From: an uncultured Candidatus Rokubacteria bacterium
GTDB taxonomy: Bacteria > Methylomirabilota > Methylomirabilia > Rokubacteriales > DASRDR01
Direction: 5' to 3'
Assembly: GCA_963805625.1 (NCBI GenBank)
Contig: CAWDVE010000010.1
Coordinates: 1,824,001 to 1,888,000, forward strand
Length of the DNA stretch: 64,000 nucleotides
Positions 19,579 through 28,413 of this stretch are shown here, piece after piece; the stretch's first letter is position 1, and every line of letters starts with the position of its first letter. The notes under the pieces are model-generated. The model was given only the letters and a program-made list of their open reading frames with translations, did not search any database and was not told the DNA's origin. The translations under genes and the position numbers were made by a program.

Positions 19579-21035
19579 CGTGGCCATCGGTCGTCTACCT
19601 CGGGCTCGGCTCGAACGTGGGTGACCGTCAGAGCAACCTGATCGAGGCGCTCCAGAGCCTCCGGGCGCACGTCTTCATCGAGCAGATCTCGCCGGTCTAC
19701 GAGACCGAGCCGGCGTACGTGACCGACCAGCCCCGCTTTCTGAACCTCGCGGTGAAGGGTGTGACCTCGCTCGAGCCCGCCGAGCTCCTGACCGTGGCCA
19801 AGCGGATCGAGTCCCGGATGGGGCGGCGCCCCGGCGAGCGATACGGCCCGCGGCCGATCGACATCGACATCCTCTTCTACGGCGACCGCGTGATCCGCAC
19901 CGAGACGCTCGAGGTGCCGCACCCGCGCGTTGCCGAGCGCGGCTTCGTCCTCGTCCCGCTTCACGACATCGCCCCGGGCCTCCGGCACCCGGAGCTCGGA
20001 CGCACGGTCGCCGAGCTCCTCGCCTCCCTCGGGGAGACGCGCGGCATCGTCCGGGTCGAGCGGGGCCTGACGGCGCGGCTCGAGCGTGACGTGCAGGAGG
20101 AGTCTCCGTCCGCCCGCCTCAGGCTCGACCAGACGGGGGTGACGGGTCTCCACCGCATCATCCGTCTCTCCGAGGGCGGCGGTCTCTTCTACGCGACGCT
20201 CGATCTCTTCGTCGAGCTGCCGGCCGACCAGAAGGGCGCCCACATGTCGCGCTTCAGCGACACCGTGGAGGAGGTGCTCGAGGACCTCGGCGAGTTCACG
20301 GCCCCGATGATCGAGACGCTCGCCGAGCGCATCGCGCGGGCCCTGACCGTCGGGCACCGGGCCGAGCGCGCGGACGTGGAGATCCGGGCCCAGTTCCCGC
20401 TCGAGCGCCGCGCGCCGATCTCCGGCAAGCCCTCGCAGGAGCTGTACACGCTGATCGGCATCGCCGCCGCCAACCCCCGCCGCGCGGTCCAGCTGATCGG
20501 CGTGGAGGCGGAGGGGATGATGGCGTGCCCCTGCGCCCAGGAGATGGTCCGCGCGCAGGCGGAAGCCCGACTGCTCGAGCACGGCCTGACGCCGGAGCTC
20601 GCCGAGCAGGTGCTGTCGCTAGTCCCGGTCGCGACCCACAATCAGCGTGGGCGCGGCCGCCTCCTGGTCGGCGCCGACCGCGCGCTCCGCGCCGAGGACC
20701 TGGTCGAGATCGTCGAGGGCTCGATGAGCTCCGAGAACTACGACCTCCTGAAGCGGCCGGACGAGCTCTTCGTCGTGGAGAAGGCGCACCGCCATCCTCG
20801 CTTCGTCGAGGACACCGTTCGCGAGATGCTCCGGAGCTTCGTGAACACCTACCCCGAGCTGCCGGACGACGCCTACGTCCACGCCCGGCAGGTGAACATG
20901 GAGACGATCCACAAGCACGATGTCTTCGCCCAGCGCGGCGGGCAGCTCGGCGAGATTCGGGGCGAGCTCCTCGACGGCAAGCCGCGCGGCAGCACCCCGC
21001 TCCAGGCGTGGCTCTCGGCCCGGCTCGAGGGATGA
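19575..21035 (+). CDS. Fusion of FolK (HPPK) and MptA/FolE2-type GTP cyclohydrolase
   Basis: N-terminal YLGLGSNVGDR...FLN...GPRPIDIDILFY..VPHPR..ERGFVL (FolK); C-terminal KGAHMSRF, ACPCAQ, THNQRG, LLKRPDE, PRFVED, ETIHKHD (COG1469). Confidence 0.92.
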   Translation: MTWPSVVYLGLGSNVGDRQSNLIEALQSLRAHVFIEQISPVYETEPAYVTDQPRFLNLAVKGVTSLEPAELLTVAKRIESRMGRRPGERYGPRPIDIDILFYGDRVIRTETLEVPHPRVAERGFVLVPLHDIAPGLRHPELGRTVAELLASLGETRGIVRVERGLTARLERDVQEESPSARLRLDQTGVTGLHRIIRLSEGGGLFYATLDLFVELPADQKGAHMSRFSDTVEEVLEDLGEFTAPMIETLAERIARALTVGHRAERADVEIRAQFPLERRAPISGKPSQELYTLIGIAAANPRRAVQLIGVEAEGMMACPCAQEMVRAQAEARLLEHGLTPELAEQVLSLVPVATHNQRGRGRLLVGADRALRAEDLVEIVEGSMSSENYDLLKRPDELFVVEKAHRHPRFVEDTVREMLRSFVNTYPELPDDAYVHARQVNMETIHKHDVFAQRGGQLGEIRGELLDGKPRGSTPLQAWLSARLEG

Positions 21036-21062
21036 CTCGGGGGGGGATCCGGAACCTTCACA

Positions 21063-21815
21063 CTACGACGTGTCAGCGTGAAGCACCAGATCCGTCGCCG
21101 TGAGGACGCCGGTGTGGAGCGCCGTCCCCACCAGGGCCGCGTGGTAGCCCGCCCGCGCGAGCGCGCGGAGGTCATCCTTGTCCCGCACCCCGCCGCCCAG
21201 CACGATCTCGGCGTCCGGCAGGCGCGCCCGGAGCTGGCGGGCCGGCTCCGTTTCCGGGCCGGTCCGCGCCCCGACGCGGGCGAGATCGAGCACGATGAAG
21301 GCCCGGATGCCGGCCGTCCACGCCGCGGCCGCCAGCTCGGTCGCCTCGGCTCCGGCCACGGCGGGCGATCCGCCGAGGAGCCGGCCCTCGCGATGGTCCA
21401 GGCTGAGGATGCAGTCCGCCCCGGCCCCGCTGGCCTCGCGCGCCGCCCCTGCGATCGCAGCCAGATCACGCGTATCCCGCAAGGTCTCGGTCCCGACGAT
21501 GACCCGCGCCGCCCCGCTGGAGACGGCGCGGCGGGCGTCGTCGGCCGTCGCCACGCCGGCATCGAGCCAGACCGACAGCCCGAGCGCGGCGATCGCCCGG
21601 ACGACCGGGCCGTGATCGCCGGTGCCGGCGATGGCGTCGAGGTCCGCCACGTAGCAGGCGTCCGAGCCGAGGCGCTCGCGGAAGCCGCGAGCGAGCTCGA
21701 CCGGGTCCGCCGAGGCCGACAGCACGCTCTTGACCGGCGCGTAGGCGTGACGCTCCCCTCGCACCGCATGAACCGCCAGACCGCCCTTGAGGTCCAGCAC
21801 GGGCACGACGCGCAT
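21063..21815 (-). CDS. HisA/HisF-related TIM-barrel protein (Orf17-like)
   Basis: VVPVLDLKGGLAVHAVRGER..Y.P, YVADLDAI, LDLARVG, GGGVR. Confidence 0.88.
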   Translation of the reverse strand: MRVVPVLDLKGGLAVHAVRGERHAYAPVKSVLSASADPVELARGFRERLGSDACYVADLDAIAGTGDHGPVVRAIAALGLSVWLDAGVATADDARRAVSSGAARVIVGTETLRDTRDLAAIAGAAREASGAGADCILSLDHREGRLLGGSPAVAGAEATELAAAAWTAGIRAFIVLDLARVGARTGPETEPARQLRARLPDAEIVLGGGVRDKDDLRALARAGYHAALVGTALHTGVLTATDLVLHADTS

Positions 21816-21904
21816 CGCGGAGCGGAGGATAGCACGCCCACAGGCCGAAGGCCGTCCGATCAGACCCGTTCAATCAAGTCGCATCGTGGATGCAGGCTAG
21901 CCCG

Positions 21905-22933
21905 ATGAGACTGGAGCGCCGGGTCCTCGGCTGGGACGTGGGCGGCGCCTACGTCAAGGCGGCCGTCGTCGAGGCGGAAGGCGGCCGCCGCGCGGTGCAG
22001 ACGGCGAGCCGCCCGTTCGAGATCTGGCGGGACAAGCTCGCCCTGCCGGACGTCCTGCGGGCGCTCGCCGCCGAGCTCCCCTCTCCGGAGTCGGTCGCGG
22101 TGACGATGACCGCGGAGCTGTCGGATGTGTTCCGGACCAAGCGCGAGGGCGTGGGCTTCGTGCTTGACGCCGTGGAGACCGTGTCGCGGGCACCGGTCCG
22201 CGTCTTCACGACCGCCGGCGAGTTCGTCGACCCCGCCACCGCCCGCGCGAGCCCCCTCGACGCCGCCGCCTCCAACTGGGTCGCCACCGCCATGCTGGTC
22301 GGGCGGTTCGTCCCCGACGCGCTGCTGGTGGACATCGGATCCACTACCACCGATGTGATCCCGGTGACGGGGGGCCGCGTGGCGGCCCTCGGCCGGACCG
22401 ATCCCGAGCGGCTGCTCGCCGGGGAGCTGGTCTACACAGGGGTGCTCCGCACCAACGTCGCTGCCATCGTCCGCCGGGTGCCGCTCCGGGGCGGCGAATG
22501 CCCCGTCGCCTCCGAGCTGTTCGCGGTCAGCGGCGACGTTCACGTGCTGCTCGGGTCGCTCGCGCCGGACGACTACACCTGCCCGACGCCCGACGGCCGG
22601 CCGCCCACGCCGGAATTCGCCGGCGAGCGGCTCGCGCGTGTCGTGTGCGCCGACGGGGAGATGCTCGGCGCCGGAGAGATCCGCGTCATCGCGGCAGCGG
22701 TCGCGGAGGCCCAGGTCGAGGAGATCGCCGCCGCGCTCGACCGCGTCTCGCGCCGGCTCGTCCGGCCGGCGCCCGTGATCACGACCGGCCTCGGCGCCTT
22801 CCTGGCCCGCCGGGCTGCCGAGCGCGCCGGGATGCCAGTCAAGGATCTCGCCGACGTTCTCGAGGTCGAGGTCGGCACGGTCGCGCCGGCCGTCGCGGTG
22901 GCCTGGCTCCTGCTCGACGGGGTCAGACTTTGA
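21905..22933 (+). CDS. Hydantoinase/oxoprolinase-like protein (Orf9/MfnF-like)
   Basis: GWDVGGAYVK, VTMTAELSDVF..K.EGV, AASNW, DIGSTTTD, ELVYTG, RLARVVCAD. Confidence 0.9.
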   Translation: MRLERRVLGWDVGGAYVKAAVVEAEGGRRAVQTASRPFEIWRDKLALPDVLRALAAELPSPESVAVTMTAELSDVFRTKREGVGFVLDAVETVSRAPVRVFTTAGEFVDPATARASPLDAAASNWVATAMLVGRFVPDALLVDIGSTTTDVIPVTGGRVAALGRTDPERLLAGELVYTGVLRTNVAAIVRRVPLRGGECPVASELFAVSGDVHVLLGSLAPDDYTCPTPDGRPPTPEFAGERLARVVCADGEMLGAGEIRVIAAAVAEAQVEEIAAALDRVSRRLVRPAPVITTGLGAFLARRAAERAGMPVKDLADVLEVEVGTVAPAVAVAWLLLDGVRL

Positions 22934-22992
22934 CTTCCAAACTTTTGCGCGCGGCGCCGGCTCGAATTGTTGGGAAGTCAAAGTCTGACCCC
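22919..22992. repeat. REP/REPIN-like element with perfect 20-bp inverted repeats
   Basis: GGGGTCAGACTTTGACTTCC (22919-22938), 34-nt spacer, GGAAGTCAAAGTCTGACCCC (22973-22992). Confidence 0.85.
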
Positions 22993-23607
22993 AGGCCGGA
23001 CTGGGTGATCAAGGTCGGCGGGAGCCTCGGCGCGCGCCCCGCCCAGCTCCGTCGCCTGTTGGAGACTTTGGCAGCGGCTGCTCGGCGACACTGGCTCGTC
23101 GTGGTGCCGGGGGGCGGGAGCTTCGCCGACGAGGTGCGCCGCGCCGACCGTCGCTTCGCGCTCGGCGACTCGGCCGCCCACTGGATGGCCATCCTCGCCA
23201 TGGACCAGTACGCCTACCTTCTCGCGCGGCTCGCCCCCGGGGCGGCTCTCGTGCGGAGCCGGCGCGAGCTCTCCCCCGGCCGCCTCAACGTGCTGGCGCC
23301 GTCGGCCTGGCTCCTCCGCGCCGATCCGCTCCCCCACTCCTGGGACGTCACCTCAGATTCGATCGCGGCCTGGGTCGCGCACGCTCTTCGCGTGCGGCGG
23401 CTCATGCTCGTGAAGCACGTGGACGGCTTCATCGGACCAGACCGCGGGCCGTGGAGAATGCCCGAGCACGTGCGGCGGATCGCGCTCGAGGCGTTCTCGG
23501 GTGTGGTGGACCCGTACTTCGCGTGGGCGCTCGACCCCGCCATCGGGTGCTGGCTCGCTCGCGGGCACCTGCCCCACCGGATCACGCGCCTGATCGCGAC
23601 CGGCTGA
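22930..23607 (+). CDS. Amino-acid-kinase family protein (Orf21/MfnE-like)
   Basis: VIKVGGSL, VVPGGGSFAD.VR, AHWMAILAMDQ, SWDVTSDSIAA, VDPYF; TTG start inferred from the TTGA overlap. Confidence 0.88.
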   Translation: MTSKLLRAAPARIVGKSKSDPRPDWVIKVGGSLGARPAQLRRLLETLAAAARRHWLVVVPGGGSFADEVRRADRRFALGDSAAHWMAILAMDQYAYLLARLAPGAALVRSRRELSPGRLNVLAPSAWLLRADPLPHSWDVTSDSIAAWVAHALRVRRLMLVKHVDGFIGPDRGPWRMPEHVRRIALEAFSGVVDPYFAWALDPAIGCWLARGHLPHRITRLIATG

Positions 23608-23744
23608 ACCCGCGTGCCCAGGCCCGAGCGCGCCTTCGGTGGTGCCGGGACGATGGGGGGAAACTCGCCGCGGTGGCCGTGGCCACGAGCCGATGGCCTC
23701 GGCTGGGGCGAAGGGATCGAGCTGACCGACCCGCCGGAAGCCCC

Positions 23745-26255
23745 CTACTCGCTCGCGGCGTTGCTGCGCTGGGCTTGCATCAGCTTCTTCTCGTCCTCCG
23801 GTGAGAGCTTCGGCCGATCGATGCTGAGCATCACCTTGTTGAGCTTGCCCGTGAACCGGAATGGTATCTGGTAGTCCTGGTCGTTCACCGGCGTGCCCGT
23901 GTCGGCGCCCACGTCGAGGTTTTCGTCCCACTGTAGGATCAGCGGGATCGTCTTTTCCATCTTCTGGGTGGCGACGGCCTGACCGTCCACCTTGAGCACT
24001 CCGGTGCCGCTGCGGCCGATGCCGCTCAGGTTGTTGAACGCAAGGGTACCAATCCCCAGGCCGTCGTACTTGAAGTCGAACTCGAGCGTGTGCATACCCG
24101 GCGTGAGCTCCGGCCCCTCCCAGCGGATCCGCTGCAGGTCGACCAGATTCCAGAGGAACACCGGCTTGTTCTTCAGCACGTAGAAGCCGTAGCCAGCGAA
24201 GCGGCCCCCCTGGGTGATGAGCATGCCCTCGGCGCCGCCCTGCGGAATCTCGACCTCGGCCTTGAAGTTATACGACGAGTTGAGGATGCTCGGCGCGTCG
24301 CCGTTCGGTGTGCCCGTGAACTCGCGGGTCCAGGTGAACACGTTGCGGCCGGCGGTGATGCTCGGGCGCGGCGTGACGAGTCGGCTCGCGATCGAGGCGT
24401 CGAGCGGCATGACCTGGTACTTCTTTGCCTCGGCCCAGAAGAGCTTCTCCATCTCCTTGACCTTGGCGGGGTTCTTGGCCGCGACGTCGTTCGACTGGGT
24501 CCAGTCCTTCCCGAGGTCGTACAGCTCCCACGTCGCCTTGGACGGATTGAGATTGGCCGGGCCGAACGTCACCCACGGCGGGCGCGTCACCTTGGCGCTG
24601 GCGATCCAGCCGTCGTGGTAGATCGCGTAGTTACCGAACATCTCGAAGTACTGGGTCTTGTGCTTCGACGGCGCCTTCTCGTTGGGCTTGTCGAACGTGT
24701 AGAGCATGCTGACGCCCTCGATCGGGCTTTGCTTGATCCCGTCGACGACCTTGGGCTGGCGGATCCCAGCCGCCTCGAGGATCGTCGGCACGACGTCAAT
24801 CACGTGGTGAAACTGGTTGCGGATGCCGCCCTTGTCCTTGATCACCTTCGGCCAGGAGATCGCCATGCCCTGGCGAATGCCTCCGAAGTGAGATGAGATC
24901 TGCTTCGTCCAGGAGAACGGCGAGTCGAGCGCCCACGACCACGGCACCGCCATGTGATTGTACGTGCGGTCGGAGCCCCAGGCGTCGTAGAAGTTCTTGA
25001 GCTGCACTTCGACCGGCACCTCGACGCCGTTGAACATCGCGACCTCGTTCGGCGTGCCCACCAGCGTGCCCTCGGCGCTGCCGCCGTTGTCGCCGCTGAT
25101 GTAGATGATCAGCGTGTTCTCGAGCTTGCCCAAATCCTCGATCGCCTGGATCACCCGGCCGATCTCGTGATCCGTGTAGGCGAGGTACGCCGCGTACACA
25201 TCGACCTGGCGGAGGAACATCTTCTTTTCATCGGCCGACAGCCCGTCCCAGCGCTTCAGCAGGTTGTCCGGCCACGCCGTGAGCTTGGCGGTCTGCGGGA
25301 TCACGCCGAGCTTCTTCTGGTTCTCGAAGATCTGCTCGCGGAGCGCGTTCCACCCCTTGTCGAAGAGATGCATGTCGCTGATCTTCTTGATCCATTCCGG
25401 GGTTGGGTGATGTGGCGCATGCGTGCCGCCGGGCGCGTACTTCACGAAGAACGGCTGCTCCGGCGTGAGGGTGTTGATGCGTTGCATGTACGCGATGGCT
25501 TCGTCCGCCATCGCCGTCGTCAGGTTGTAGCCCGGATTGCCCGAGAACGGGTAGATCGATGTCGTGTTGCGGACGAGGTTCGCCGGCTGCCACTGGTTGG
25601 TGTCCCCGCCCATGAACCCGTAGAAATACTCGAAGCCCATCCCGATGGGCCACTGGTCGAACGGCCCGTCCTGGCTCGCTTGAAAGGCCGGGGTGTTGTG
25701 GTTCTTCCCGAACCACGACGTCCGGTAGCCGTTGTCCTTCAGGATCTTGCCGATCGTCGCCTTGTCTCTAGTGATGATGCTGTCGTAGCCCGGGAAGCCC
25801 GTCGCCTGCTCCGAGATCACACCGAAGCCGACGGAGTGATGGTTGCGCCCGGTGATGAGCGCCGCGCGGGTGGGCGAGCAGAGGGCCGTGGAGTGGAAGT
25901 TCGTGTAGCGGAGGCCGTTGTTGGCGATCCGGTCGAGCGCCGGCGTGGGGATCACGCCACCGAACGTGCTCGGGGCCCCGAAGCCGACGTCGTCCGTGAT
26001 GATGAGCAGCACGTTCGGCGCGTTCTTGGGCGGCATTATGCGCGGTGCCCAGTAGGGCTTCGACTGCGCGGCGTTGCGCTCGATCCTGCCGCCGAACTTC
26101 GCCGGCGGCGCCGGAATCTGGTCGCCCTGGATCGTCGTCGTCGCGCTGGGGGAGCCGGGCACCCCCGTCACATTCTGGGCGAAGCTCGGCTCGCCGAGGA
26201 GTCCGACGGACGCGGCCAATGCCGCGCCGATCACGATTCGCATGCTTGTTCTCAT
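23745..26255 (-). CDS. Secreted arylsulfatase (formylglycine-dependent)
   Basis: Signal peptide, PNVLLIITDDVG, CSPTR motif, GKNH, ISGDNG; ATG at 26255 after GGAGGGG. Confidence 0.93.
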   Translation of the reverse strand: MRTSMRIVIGAALAASVGLLGEPSFAQNVTGVPGSPSATTTIQGDQIPAPPAKFGGRIERNAAQSKPYWAPRIMPPKNAPNVLLIITDDVGFGAPSTFGGVIPTPALDRIANNGLRYTNFHSTALCSPTRAALITGRNHHSVGFGVISEQATGFPGYDSIITRDKATIGKILKDNGYRTSWFGKNHNTPAFQASQDGPFDQWPIGMGFEYFYGFMGGDTNQWQPANLVRNTTSIYPFSGNPGYNLTTAMADEAIAYMQRINTLTPEQPFFVKYAPGGTHAPHHPTPEWIKKISDMHLFDKGWNALREQIFENQKKLGVIPQTAKLTAWPDNLLKRWDGLSADEKKMFLRQVDVYAAYLAYTDHEIGRVIQAIEDLGKLENTLIIYISGDNGGSAEGTLVGTPNEVAMFNGVEVPVEVQLKNFYDAWGSDRTYNHMAVPWSWALDSPFSWTKQISSHFGGIRQGMAISWPKVIKDKGGIRNQFHHVIDVVPTILEAAGIRQPKVVDGIKQSPIEGVSMLYTFDKPNEKAPSKHKTQYFEMFGNYAIYHDGWIASAKVTRPPWVTFGPANLNPSKATWELYDLGKDWTQSNDVAAKNPAKVKEMEKLFWAEAKKYQVMPLDASIASRLVTPRPSITAGRNVFTWTREFTGTPNGDAPSILNSSYNFKAEVEIPQGGAEGMLITQGGRFAGYGFYVLKNKPVFLWNLVDLQRIRWEGPELTPGMHTLEFDFKYDGLGIGTLAFNNLSGIGRSGTGVLKVDGQAVATQKMEKTIPLILQWDENLDVGADTGTPVNDQDYQIPFRFTGKLNKVMLSIDRPKLSPEDEKKLMQAQRSNAASE

Positions 26256-26363
26256 TTCCCCTCCCGATCTTGGACGGTGCGGCTGCGTTCTCTTCTCGAT
26301 CTTCACATGCACGTACCGCCTCCTCGCGAACACCGGCGCCACGGCCAGCCCGCGCCCTGGCGA

Positions 26364-27080
26364 CTAGATTCGATCGGCCGTCTGGCGGCCTCCGCACGCC
26401 CGGACGAGGCCGCGGACGCGCTCGGCGTCGACGCGCCCGCCGACCCGGTCCCCGACGCAGGCGGCGCCCCGCATACCCACCAGGTCGGGACCGATCGGCG
26501 CCAGGCGCACGAGGTCCTCGGCCCGGAGCGAGCCGGCCAGAGCCGACAAGAGACCGCGGGCGCGGCACGCCGCGACGAACGCCGCCAGCTCGGCCTCGCC
26601 CAGCCACTGGAACAGTCCACGCCCGTCCTTCACCGCCGTGTCGATGAGACAGCCTTGGGCGCCTGCGGCGACCGCGAGCGCGGGCAGGTCGAGGGGGTGC
26701 GGCGATCCGGCGCGGGTGAAGTCGGCGAACCCGGCCACCACGACGTGGACGTTCGCCGGAACGCTCGCGCGAGCCGCGCGGAAGCTCGCGGTCGCCGTCG
26801 CGAGCGAGGTGTCGCGGAGCCCAAGCTTCACGAAGGCCGCGCCGCTCGCCGCCGCCGTGCCGGTCAGCGCGGCGGCCATCGCCGGCGTGAAGGGCCCGTC
26901 GCCGAGCGCGGCGCTCACCGGCAGATGAGCCGGCGTGGCCTCCCGCACCGCGCGCACGACGTGCGCAGCGGCTTCGCCGAGGGCGCCCCGCGAGGGATCC
27001 TTGACGTCGATCACGTCAGCGCCGGCGGCAGCCGCGATCCGGGCCTCCCCGGCGTCCACAACGCTGACCAGAAGGCGCAT
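26364..27080 (-). CDS. mfnB: (5-Formylfuran-3-yl)methyl phosphate synthase (Orf22/DUF556)
   Basis: LLVSV...EA..A..GADVIDVKDPSRGALG, VSAALGD, FVKLGL, IDTAVKDG, ALAGSL, GMRGAAC. Confidence 0.92.
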   Translation of the reverse strand: MRLLVSVVDAGEARIAAAAGADVIDVKDPSRGALGEAAAHVVRAVREATPAHLPVSAALGDGPFTPAMAAALTGTAAASGAAFVKLGLRDTSLATATASFRAARASVPANVHVVVAGFADFTRAGSPHPLDLPALAVAAGAQGCLIDTAVKDGRGLFQWLGEAELAAFVAACRARGLLSALAGSLRAEDLVRLAPIGPDLVGMRGAACVGDRVGGRVDAERVRGLVRACGGRQTADRI

Positions 27081-27089
27081 AAGAGTCGC

Positions 27090-27097
27090 ATTATAGT
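27090..27097. promoter_or_regulatory. Overlapping divergent -10 elements (candidate bidirectional leaderless promoter)
   Basis: ATTATAGT: minus-strand TATAAT 9 nt before the mfnB ATG; plus-strand TATAGT 6 nt before the SDR GTG. Confidence 0.55.
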
Positions 27098-27103
27098 AGT
27101 CGG

Positions 27104-27895
27104 GTGGAGCCGCGACAACCGAGCGCGCCCGTTGCCCTGAAGCGTCTCCGGGGCCAGGTGGCGGTCGTCACCGGCGCGAGCCGGGGGATCGGGCGCGCGA
27201 TCGCCCTCACCCTCGCGCGGGAGGGGGCGCGCGTGGTCGTCAACTACGCGCGCTCGCGCGAGCGCGGCGAGGCGGTCGTGGCCGAGATCCTGGCGGGCGG
27301 CGGAGAGGCCCTGGCCGTCCGCGCGGACGTGTCGCGAGCGGAGGAGGTCGACCGGCTTCTCGAATCGACGCTCGAGAAGTTCGGACGCTGCCACGCCTGG
27401 GTCAACAACGCGGGCGCAGACATCCTGACGGGGGACGCCCGAACCTGGCCGGCCGAGCGCCAGTGGGACGAGGTGATGGGCGTCGACCTCAAGGGCACCT
27501 GGATCTGCTCCCGGGCGGCGGCGGAGGTGATGCGCCGCGACGGCGGCGGCGTCATCGTGAACCTCTCGTGGGACCATGTGAGCCATGGCATGGGAAGCGC
27601 GACCGCCGCCATCTACGCCGCCGCGAAGGGCGGCGTGGCGGCGATGAGCCGGTGCCTGGCGCGGGAGTTCGCGCCCGCGGTGCGGGTCAACGTCGTGGCG
27701 CCCGGGTGGATCCGGACCCAGTGGCTCGACGGCGCCGGCGCCGAGATCCAGCAGCGCGTCACGGAGGCCACCCCGCTCGCGCGGCCCGGCACGCCCGACG
27801 ACGTCGCCGGAGCGGTCGCGTTCCTGGCTTCCGCGGAGGCGTCGTTCATCACCGGGGAGACGCTGCTCGTGAACGGTGGAGTGGTCATGGGCTGA
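27104..27895 (+). CDS. SDR-family NADPH-dependent oxidoreductase (FabG/pteridine reductase-like)
   Basis: TGASRGIG, NNAG, YAAAK, VAPGWIRT, FITGETLLVNGG. Confidence 0.9.
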   Translation: MEPRQPSAPVALKRLRGQVAVVTGASRGIGRAIALTLAREGARVVVNYARSRERGEAVVAEILAGGGEALAVRADVSRAEEVDRLLESTLEKFGRCHAWVNNAGADILTGDARTWPAERQWDEVMGVDLKGTWICSRAAAEVMRRDGGGVIVNLSWDHVSHGMGSATAAIYAAAKGGVAAMSRCLAREFAPAVRVNVVAPGWIRTQWLDGAGAEIQQRVTEATPLARPGTPDDVAGAVAFLASAEASFITGETLLVNGGVVMG

Positions 27896-27984
27896 GCCAC
27901 CCCGGCAACGTCCGTCGCGGGCGAGCGGTCGCCACCACGGTCGATCGACAGTCGGCGGAGCGCGGACTCCGCAGGAGGCGCACG

Positions 27985-28365
27985 ATGGCTGAAGAGAAGA
28001 AGCTCCCCGTCCTTCCGGACGACGAGATCGAGCGGCGGCTCACGGGCGAGCTGCCGGGCTGGTGGTACGAGGGCCGCTGGATCCGCCGGAAGTACAACAC
28101 CGACGGCTGGCTCACGACCCTCGCGCTGGTCAACACGATCGGCTTCCTGGCCGAGGCCGCCTATCATCACCCCGACCTCGAGGTGACGTGGGGCAAGGTG
28201 TGGGTGAAGCTTCGCACCCACTCGAGCAACGGCGTCACCGAGCGCGACTTCGCCCTGGCCAGGCGGATTGAGGACGCGGTGCTGTGGCGACCGGGCGCGG
28301 GCTCCCACATGGAGGGCACACCCAACAAGTGGGTGAAGGGCGGCAGTCCCGATCGGCCCGCCTGA
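27985..28365 (+). CDS. Pterin-4a-carbinolamine dehydratase-like protein (PcbD)
   Basis: AGGAGG RBS; AEAAYHHPDL, THS..GVTERDF.LA. Confidence 0.9.
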   Translation: MAEEKKLPVLPDDEIERRLTGELPGWWYEGRWIRRKYNTDGWLTTLALVNTIGFLAEAAYHHPDLEVTWGKVWVKLRTHSSNGVTERDFALARRIEDAVLWRPGAGSHMEGTPNKWVKGGSPDRPA

Positions 28366-28413
28366 GCGGGCCGCCCCCGCCGCGCCCCCACACCCGAGGA
28401 TACCCGGGTCTCC

